This document shows, in pieces, positions 54,706 through 64,000 of a DNA stretch of 64,000 nucleotides. The number at the start of each line of letters is the position of its first letter. Position 1 is the first letter of the stretch. This DNA comes from Octopus sinensis (Eukaryota), in assembly GCF_006345805.1 (NCBI RefSeq), contig NW_021832998.1, positions 1 through 64,000 of the forward strand. Reading direction: 5' to 3'. The notes beneath the pieces were generated by a model. That model was not told the DNA's origin. It saw only the letters and a program-made list of their open reading frames with translations, and ran no database searches. The position numbers and the translations under genes are program-made.

Positions 54706-55255
54706 GCCAACATTATGGAATAACAACAGAAAAAAGATGGTATAGACACACACCAGAAAAGGTCACAGAAAACGAGAAAGCAACCATAATCTGGGATATG
54801 CCGATACACACAGATAGAGAAATTAAGACCAACAGACCAGATATAGTTGTCAGAGATCATGAAGAAAAAAATGCTTTCTAATTGATGTATCAATACCAGC
54901 AGATGACAACGTGTCTCTAAAAGAAATGGAGAAACTTTCAAAATACAAAGATCTGGAAATAGAGGTAACCAGAATGTGGAATCTAAAAACAGAAACAATT
55001 CCTATCATAGTAGGTGCATTAGGCATGATAAAAAATATTCAGACAAATACATACACAAAAACACCAGGACTTACAAAACACATATAACATACAGAAAATT
55101 GCACTACTAGGCACTGCATACATCCTACGCAGAACACTTTCCATACAATAACCATCAGAGCATCACAACAAATCACAGCACATACCCAAGGCACACAGAG
55201 CTGCGCTCGGTAGTGTGAAATGAAGCACGCTATAAAAAATAAAACTACGGAATAA
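54706..55255 (+). mobile_element. 5'-truncated R4/Dong-clade element: restriction-like endonuclease domain plus 3'UTR
   Basis: HYGITTEKRWYRHTPEKVTENEKATIIWDMPIHTDREIKTNRPDIVV, then (frameshift in an A-run) CFLIDVSIPADDNVSLKEMEKLSKYKDL..IVGALG..IQKIALLGTAYILRRTLSIQ*. This is the PD..D..K restriction-like endonuclease signature. (TAA)n on both flanks. Confidence 0.85.
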
Positions 55256-55283
55256 AATAATAACAATAATAATAATAATAATA

Positions 55284-55321
<38 letters not shown>

Positions 55322-55441
55322 TAACAATAATATAATAATAATAATAATAATAATACGAATAATAATAACGATGATAATAATAATAATAATAACATAGAAA
55401 AATAACTTAGGAATGAGAACCCAGGTTCGAAATTTCCTCAA

Positions 55442-55487
55442 GACACCTGATGAAGGCTGGAGGGTGTATCAGCCGAAACGTTGTGTT
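55442..55487 (+). ncRNA. Minimal type-I hammerhead ribozyme motif in a Penelope-like terminal fragment (about 55391-55535)
   Basis: GACAC CTGATGA A GGCTG gagggtgtat CAGCC GAAA C GTT GTGTT: intact core, 5-bp stems I and II, palindromic AACGTT in place of stem III. Confidence 0.7.
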
Positions 55488-55587
55488 AACAACAAACAAG
55501 ATGAGGACAAATATCCGTCAAATGTAAATAATATAAATAACCAACAAATATATTTATTATATAACTGTCTTATCATTATGGCCCACG

Positions 55588-55677
<90 letters not shown>

Positions 55678-56253
55678 ACGCACGCGCAGTGTTGTGTGTC
55701 TGATGCAATTTTCTTGCGGCATCTGCTGCCTAGCTTAGATCTCTTGAGTATTCATTAGCATATTTAACATGACTGTGATACAGGACTGTGTTCTTTACAT
55801 GTCTAACGCATGAATTTTCTTCTTTACGACCGTGGTAATCATTTCGAGCATCTGTTGATGACTAAACTGGAGCATTTCAAAGCGAGCGAGCGAGCGAGAG
55901 AAATTTCTTGTCAGCTGAACAACCTAACTTAGTGCCAACGTTAAGATAGGAACTCCTAACCTTCACCTTCGACCCACAATTTAAACAGGTATCAGCGTTC
56001 TTCTGATATTCATTTAATTTGATGCCACTCTCTCTCGAACCATTAAAGACGCTCTTCTGAATTTTCTTGCTGAACAAATAGCACAAATGATTCCTTTTTT
56101 CATAGGCGCAGGCGTGGCTGTGTGGTAAGAAGCTTGCTTCCCAATCACATGATTTCCAGGTTCAGTCCTACTGCGTGGCACCTGAAGTAGGTGTCTTCTA
56201 CGATCAAAGCTTTGTGAGTGAATTTGGTAGGCGGAAACTGAAAGAAGCCCGTC

Positions 56254-56305
<52 letters not shown>

Positions 56306-57025
56306 GTATATTATATATAATATATGTATATATATTATATGATATATGTATTATATATGTGGTGTGTAGGTGTGTGTTTGCGTGTATCTTTGTGTCTGTG
56401 TTTGTCCTCCCATCATCGCTTGACAACCGATGTTGGTGTACTTTCGCTTACGTAACGTAGCGTTTCGGCAAGAAAAACCGATAGAATAAGTACTAGGTTT
56501 ACAAAGAATAGGTTCTGGGGTTGATTTTTTTCGACTAAAAACCCCTTTAAGGCGGTGCTCCGGTATAATCGCAGTCAAATGGCTGAAACAAATAAAAGAA
56601 TAAAACAATAGTACTGGAGATAGGTTCACCCCTTCCATCAAATGGTCATTTCTTGTACAGGTTCGTGGTGTGCCATGCCGCAGATGTCCAAGTGATTGAG
56701 GAGCAACGGGAAATGAAGTGTTTTGCTCAAGAACACATCGCATTGCCCTGCCTAGGAATAGAACACACGATCTGCCGATCATGAGTGCAACAACCCCTAC
56801 CACTAGGTCTTATATATATACATATATATATATATATATAAATTCTATAATTATGAGCATAATTATAATTAGGGTTCAGCAAAATTTGCTTCACCACATA
56901 CCGAAATTTAGAAATAGCAGTTAAAATACTATTCTACTGCCATAAGCTATCTCACAGACAGCAATACTCTACAACTCACCGCAGGTAAAGAGAAAAAAAA
57001 TAACGAATACACTCGGCTTTGATTA

Positions 57026-57110
57026 ACTGTATACGCGTTTCGAGGTTAAAGAGATGTAAAAAAGATGTAAAATCATATTTCTACTCACTTATTCCCTTCA
57101 TCAGTACAGT
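57026..57110 (-). ncRNA. Type-I hammerhead motif with long stem-II insert
   Basis: Minus strand ACTGTA CTGATGA A GGG..(about 48 nt)..CCTC GAAA CGC GTA TACAGT: perfect 6-bp stem I, palindromic ACGCGT stem III. Confidence 0.6.
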
Positions 57111-57576
57111 ATTTCAAATTTTAAATTTTATTATTGATAATATATATATATATATATACAAAAGAAGGTTTGAAAATGCAATTTAAAAGATGTTTATTTA
57201 CTTTACCGGTTTCACTCTTTGGAAAAAGATTGTCAAAAGTAACATGTAGAAGTTTGGTTGCGTTAATTATTGGTTGTTGCAAATTGCTACATTACATATA
57301 TATATACAGTCTTTGGTAACAGGGACATGTGAAGGACATAAAAAAGTTCAACAAGTTCCTATAATATTGGGCACAAAAAATTACTACATAAATAATCGTT
57401 CTCAAGGACATGCTTAAGATAGTTTCCAGAAGGAATTGATATTGGTATTGTATCTGTATATTCAAACATGCACAGAATATTGGTTGACACAGAGTACTAT
57501 AATCCATATAAATATACAGTCTTTGGTGACAAGAGTATGTTGAGAATATAAAAAAGTTTAACAAGCTCACTGAATG

Positions 57577-57611
<35 letters not shown>

Positions 57612-57612
<1 letters not shown>

Positions 57613-57818
57613 AATTTAAATAATCAGAAAATGGAGAAAATTTTTGATCAACAAACAAACAAATTGAATCACATTGGTAGATTGTGTTTTTTAATACAAA
57701 ACGTGACATAACATAATATATGTCATGTTTTGTATTAAAAATACAATCAAACGATGTGGTTAAATTTATTTGTTGGTTGATCAAAAATTTTCCCTCTATT
57801 TTCTGATTATTTAAATTT
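57612..57818. repeat. Foldback of about 207 nt (arms about 100 bp, 8-nt loop)
   Basis: 57612-57710 pairs with 57719-57818 with scattered mismatches. Confidence 0.85.
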
Positions 57819-57882
57819 CTTTCCTTATAAACTTTTGTTTATTCTATTGTTTCCTGTTCCCTATGAGGATATTATTATTATT

Positions 57883-57960
57883 GTTCAGGTCTCTGCCTGG
57901 AATCGAACTCGGAATCTTAGGGTTAGTAGCCCGCGCTCTTAACCATTACGCCATATGCCC
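57883..57960 (-). mobile_element. Short tRNA-like element directly followed by an (AAT)n tail
   Basis: GGGCATATGGCGTAATGGTTAAGAGCGCGGGCTACTAACCCTAAGATTCCGAGTTCGATTCCAGG has A and B boxes but no closing acceptor stem. Confidence 0.55.
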
Positions 57961-59261
57961 ACGATCATATGTCCTGAAAATTAACAATAATAATAATAAT
58001 AACATCGAACAATGTCTTAGGAATGAGAACCCAGGTTCGAAATTTCCCCAAGATTTTATTCTCGTTTGATATTGATGATAATATATTCATAGAAAAATTT
58101 TTTATGTTTTATTTATAACATTTCGAAAAACACTTTCGTTTTTATTCTTTTGTGTTTTAACACTTTTATACACCTTTATAATAATTGTAATGTTTTGACC
58201 CAGAAAATAGCTTCTAGATAAAATTTCACTTTCATGAAGCTCTGGAAAACACCTACAAAATAACTCACCTGAGTTATATCTTTATAATATCATAAGATCT
58301 TTAGTAATATTTTCTCCTGTTTGACCTGGAAACACCAACAAAACACTTTCAGTTTCATGTGGTTCAGGGAATCAATAAGTGTCGACCACTCTTATTATTT
58401 TTATTGTACATTTTCATCAGATTGGAAGCAACGATCTTATTAAATAAGACTCTAATAAATTTGAATACATCTGTCCTCGTTTATCGATGATCTATTTATA
58501 GCTGATCTGGGATAACCCGGTACACTCAATTTTTGAACCATGCTACATTTATCAAGAACTGATCTGTGATAACACGGGTTAGTAATGAGTCAAAGGTTCG
58601 TTGTCATAACATCTGTGGTTATCATTTTTTAAAATCATTTACTGATATCATATTATTAAATTTTACTCTAAAATATTTTTCCAAACATCAAACAATATCA
58701 TTATGTGTATTTAAAAACTGCTTGGCGATGTTATTCGAGTAAGTTATAGATGCAGGAGTGGCTGTGTGGTAAGTAGCTTGCTAACCAACCACATGGTTCT
58801 GGGTTCAGTCCCACTGCGTGGCATCTTGGGCAAGTGTCTTCTGCTATAGCCCCGGGCCGACCAATGCCTTGTGAGTGGATTTGGTAGACGGAAACTGAAA
58901 GTAGCCTGTCGTATATATGTATTTATATATATGTATGTGTGTGTGTGTTTGTGTGTCTGTGTTTGTCTCCCTAGCATTGCTTGACAACCGATGCTGGTGT
59001 CCCCGTCACTTAGCGGTTCGGCAAAAGAGACCGATAGAATAAGTACTGGGCTTACAAAAAAGAGTAAGGCCCGGGGTCGATTTGCTCGACTAAAAAGGCG
59101 GTGCTCCAGCATGGCAGCAGTCAAATGACTGAAACAAGTAAAAGAGTATGCAACTCGGGGTTTCAAAACAAAACCTATTTCCCCACAGCTCTATTATTCA
59201 CTTATTACCGATTCATTTAACACGGTGCTTTATTTTTGAACCAAACACCCGTGATAAACGA

Positions 59262-59321
<60 letters not shown>

Positions 59322-59619
59322 TGAATTCAATTAGTTGAAGGCTTTTATGCATCAAAATATTCATACATTAGAGGCGTGCCTTGCATATTTATATTAATTT
59401 TGTTTATAGTAACTTCGAAATTTCACTAAGCATCTTATTAACATTGTTTCTAAACCATTAAGCTAATTAATAATTCTTTCTCCTAATCACAGATGTCGTT
59501 TCAGTTAGCAAAATTAGAGAAGTGGGAGATTCTGCAAGTAGAAGTCGTTTCTGGTATTCTCGAACCTTATCTCTCATCTCGAGAGGCAGAGATAATTTTA
59601 GCATATCAAGAATTTTTTT

Positions 59620-60785
59620 CTCATTATCCCGGCGTAGTGGAACTCTTTCGTTTGAGACTCCAAGAAAATTCCTACAGCGTCTATGACGTCATTGTCACTG
59701 GCAAAATGGCGACCAGCCAGGGCTTTTTCCATTTTGGGGAATAGATGAAAGTCAGAGGGGGATAAGTCTGGCGAATAAGGCGGATGGGGAACAAGTTCGT
59801 ATCCACAATCACGAATTGTTGCCATGGCAACCACTGAGGTGTGGGCTGGAGCATTGTCGTGATGAAAAAGGTGAGCGGTCCCGGCTTTTGTTCTTTGATT
59901 GCTTCTCGGAAGCGTTTCGGTAGCTGAGAATAATACAGCCCTCTCAGGGTGTGACCCATTTCAAGATTATCGATCAGCAAGACACCTTGAGAATCCCCAA
60001 AAAACTGACGTCATGACCTTGCCAGCTGAAGGAATGACCCTGACCTTCTTTGTGGATAGGAGAATATGTGTGCTTCTACTGTTTTGATTGTTCTTTGGTT
60101 TCAGGCTGGTAGTGATGAACCCAACTTTCGTCCATAGTAATGAAACGAGCAAGGAAATTCTCTTCATCGGCTTCAAACAGTTCCAGTTTGCTCGTGGACA
60201 AAGTGCACCTGGTGCGTTTCCGTTCAGGAGTCAAACGGCGAGGGACCCACCTTGCAGAAACCTTTGAGAACCCAAGTTCTTTTGTCACAATGTTCTCTGC
60301 TCTTTCGGTTGATATGCCAAGTCTCTCGGCTATCTGACGTCATGATATTCGACGATCTTGCATTATCATGCCAAGATCAAGGTCAAGGTTATCCTTGGTG
60401 GTTGCAGCTGGAGGTCTCCATGGTCCGGGATCATCTTCCACACTCTCCCTGCCACGCTGGAATTCATTTACCCAGCGTTTAACTGTTGCATTTGAAAGAG
60501 CATTGTCTGTTAAGTTTCCCACCATATCTTCATGGATTTCTGATGGAGTCATGCCTTTCAAATGAAGGTACTTTATAACAGCACGATACTCAGTTTTTTC
60601 CATTTTCCTTGTAACCTCGACACTTGTTTATTCAAAAATCTGCAAAAAAAAAAAAAAAAAAAAATATCAGAATCATGAAAATGAGCAAGAATACTCCGAA
60701 AAGACTGTACTTACCAGAAAAAATTGTTTCAGCTACCTAGCAGCCCAGTTTCTAGGTTAGGCTCAAAACGTTTCATACACCCCTC

Positions 60786-60786
<1 letters not shown>
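59620..60786 (-). mobile_element. Mariner (DD34D) transposon, transposase pseudogene (ATG at 60603), 3' end missing
   Basis: HTH-like MEKTEYRAVIKYLHLKG, WVPRRL, DESW, HDNAP and YSPDLSPSD motifs, with stops and frameshifts. 5' TIR CGAGGGGTGTATGAAACGTTTTGAGCC at about 60759-60786. Confidence 0.92.
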
Positions 60787-60819
<33 letters not shown>

Positions 60820-61225
60820 TACAGAATCGTTAACACGTCGGGTAAAATGCGTCTATCGTTACATTGAGTTTAAATTGCGCCAAGCTCGACTTTACCTTTC
60901 ATACTTTTGGGTCAATAAATAAGTACCACTTAAGTACGCAGTGGGGTCGATGTAATCGAATAGATCCGTCCGCCAAAATTTCAGGCTTCGTGCCTATAGT
61001 GGAAAGGAATATATGCAAGATAGATAAAGCGGCGAGCTGGCATAACCGTTAACACAGGCATTTCACCTGTCTTTACGTTCTGAGTTCAAATTCAGCCGAG
61101 GTCGACTTTGCCTTTCATCCTTTCTGGGGTCGATAAATTAAGTACCATTTACATACTGGGGTCAATCTAATCGACTGGAGCCCTTCCCCAAAATTTCGGG
61201 CCTTGTGCCGAGAGTAGAAAAGAAT
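60820..61225 (+). mobile_element. Two tandem family-A SINEs (alternative tail)
   Basis: Two cores, each ending ..AAAATTTC(A/G)GG..GTGCC..AGT(G/A)GAAA. Confidence 0.8.
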
Positions 61226-61365
61226 ATATACTAAATAGACTAGGATATCTGTCTTAAGCTGTTTCACTTCCTTTTTTCTTTTCAGCAATGCACAGAGAAC
61301 GACATCAACGGTGAAACTTTTGCGGTATTAAACACGGTGAATATCCTTTTGACCTGAACAAGAAT

Positions 61366-61396
<31 letters not shown>

Positions 61397-61758
61397 GAAA
61401 ACGATAGAATGACATCTTTTCGGCACGACAAGCCATGGATGGCTGTCAAACAACCAGAGACATGTAAAACAAAACAAATAATCTACATACACACACACAC
61501 ACACACATGTATACACACATGCATATATATATGTATGCACACACACACAAACATACACACGCATACATACATGCATACACACACACATATATATATGCAC
61601 ACAGAAACACACGCACAAAGGCGCGCGCACACACGCATGCACACAACAACAACAACAGCAACTAATAAACTTTCACGAATGAAAGCAAGAACACAACGTG
61701 TTTTTATTATTATATATTATTAGTAGTAGTAGTACTCTCTTCTTGTGGTATGTACATC

Positions 61759-61794
<36 letters not shown>

Positions 61795-61869
61795 ATATAT
61801 ATATTATATAATAGTATATATATATAAATATATAAAATCATTATAAATAATACACACACACACACACAC

Positions 61870-61912
<43 letters not shown>

Positions 61913-62984
61913 GCCCACATGCTTACTCATACATTATATATGTTTGTGTGTGTGTATTTAGCTGTACACATTTTCAGCGGTAATTGCATCAGAAATGTCA
62001 TAAATACCTGTCGTTGATTTACTGCTGAATGTATAAGAAACTGCGCACTACCTGCATCAGGTGAAGGTGTTTACAAACGTTATTTGATCTGCCAGAACTG
62101 AGAGAGAAAAAAAATGTATATACTAAAAAAAAAAAATACAACAACAGCAAAAAAACCCTTGGAAAGTATAATAGATGATGCAATCAAGTTATTTCGAAGT
62201 GAAAAGTTTAATTATATTTTATAGATTAGTAGTATAGGGTCATAGAATGGCCCCAGAGAATAATGGTTAAGATCCTTTAAATCTAGCTCAGTACACGAGT
62301 CTTATGTCTTATATTAGTCAATGATTATAAGGAAGACATAGAGAATAGTGGGAATCGAATTTGTTAACTCAGTCTCCAGTGCATGACTGGTACTACATTG
62401 TCAGTGAAAGGACATAGAGAAGGAGAACTGGAACCTGTTAAGTATATCCCAAGTACGTGACTACTGCCTGTTATGTCAGATATTAATACATTGTCCTGGA
62501 CATGACTTTAAGCTACATTCAGTATTGGAGTAGTGGGGTCCCAATTCGGGAGTTCGAGGGTTTTGAGGAGGGTGGAGCTACCTCTTAGCCACTATTGTTT
62601 CAGGTTTCCTCTGGCCCCGAGTTGTAGCCCTTGTCAAGGCTCCAACTATGGGTTAATTAGCATGTAATTCCTGTGTCCTCGAGAGTTTGCCTTAAGAAGA
62701 AAGCCATTCACAGATATTCTAACGAGCGCAGAGCAGGTGAGGCCCTTCAGCTCTTTAACTATCCGTCGGATATCCTATTTTTAATGGAACAACCACACAC
62801 TTCCATCGTTTCATGTGCTCACTCCATGCTGCCTTCTCATAGTACCGTCAATCTGAAAGGTAACTTTTTTCGTCAGATAAGGCCCTAACGTCAGGGCGTG
62901 GCAAACTCTCGAGGACACAGGAATTTTCCTCAAATCTACTTGCACCTTTGCAGTCATTAGTAACATGTTAACTGTTTGATACCG

Positions 62985-63310
62985 TATTTTCCGGTATACA
63001 AATCAAATTTTTCAGACTAAAATCCACAGCCAAAGAATAAAATAGGGGTCAACTTATACACCAAAACGACTTTGGAAGACCAGACAAACCGTGTGAAATG
63101 CAACAGAATTTGGAAAGATTGTGACGACATTTGAATGTTTACTCAAAACGTTTACACTGCGTACCAAGTCGATTTGTATACCAGAAAATACAGTATGGGC
63201 CTTCTTTTGTTCATGCTCCTGTGTTCTTGTTATACACTCTTCTTGGTGCATCTTGGTGTCAATTCTCATTGCACTGGCTCTGTTGCTGCATAGCTGTTTC
63301 AGCGTATCCA
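62985..63310. mobile_element. Possible pogo/Tc2-like DNA transposon remnant
   Basis: Terminus TACCGTATTTTCCGGTATA. The minus-strand peptide IDTKMHQEECITRTQEHEQKKAHTV weakly resembles the DDE_1 region preceding the catalytic domain. Confidence 0.3.
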
Positions 63311-63362
63311 CGCAAAAGACACTCGATACTTGGTTATGACGCCATGTTTAACCTGCAAGGAG

Positions 63363-63688
63363 TGAGGGCGCGTGGCTTAGTGGTTAGGGCATTCGGCTCA
63401 TGATCGTAAGGTTGTGAGTTCGATTCCCGGCGACGCGTTGTGTCCTTGAGCAAGACACTTTATTTCCACGTTGCTGCTCCAGTCCACTCAGTGGCAAAAT
63501 GAGTTGTACTTGTATTTTCAAGAGTCAGCCTTGTCACTCTCTCTGTGTCACGCTGATTATCCCCAGAACTACGTTAAGGGTACACGTGTCTGTGGAATGC
63601 TCAGCCATTGCACGTTAATTCACGAGCAAGCTGTTTTCCGTTGATCGTATCAGCTGGGACCCTCGTCGTCGTAACCGGCGGAGTCTTT
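63363..63688 (+). mobile_element. tRNA-derived SINE with CORE-like central segment (related decayed copy about 56640-56805 -)
   Basis: Head GGCGCGTGGCTTAGTGGTTAGGGC, B box GAGTTCGATTCCC, then TGTGTCCTTGAGCAAGACACTTTA. Confidence 0.75.
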
Positions 63689-64000
63689 AAACCTGCAAGG
63701 ATGACTTATTTTCTGTTATAACATGCTTCAACGGCGCATAACCTCTACACTGATGATAATCAGTAGAACCACATAAAATTCACGTCTAATATTGACCAGA
63801 GATAAAAGTACATTATATATATATATTCTTTTATTCTTTTATTTGTTTCAGTCATTTGACTGCGGCTATGCTGCTGGAGCACCGCCTTTAGTCGAACAAA
63901 TCGACCCCAGGACTTATTGTTTGTAAGCTTAGTACATGTTCTATCGGTCACTTTTGCGAAACGCTATACATGTGTACACACACACACACACACATACACA

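Overview
AT-rich, microsatellite- and retroposon-dense animal genomic DNA. The SINE families look like those of octopod cephalopods (recognition from memory, not a database result). There is no rRNA or CRISPR. Bases 1-33.6 kb are a tandem array of an 11-15 kb unit. Each unit carries a three-exon C3orf38 (DUF4518-type) homolog on the + strand; two complete copies and the last exon of a third are in the window. All three last exons share an in-frame TAG, while the promoter and exon 1 of the two complete copies are far more divergent than the rest of the unit. The array junctions are a chimeric SINE. The remainder is transposon landscape: tRNA-derived SINEs, some as concatemers; RTE, CR1 and R4/Dong LINE fragments, with Dong inside (TAA)n tracts; non-autonomous Helitrons; a piggyBac-type MITE; an 8-bp-TSD MITE; a decayed mariner with a 5'UTR intron; a degenerate tRNA-Ile; and at least five sequence families of minimal hammerhead ribozyme motifs of the Penelope-like type. 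Gene structures, folds and alignments were done by eye; repeat boundaries are approximate.
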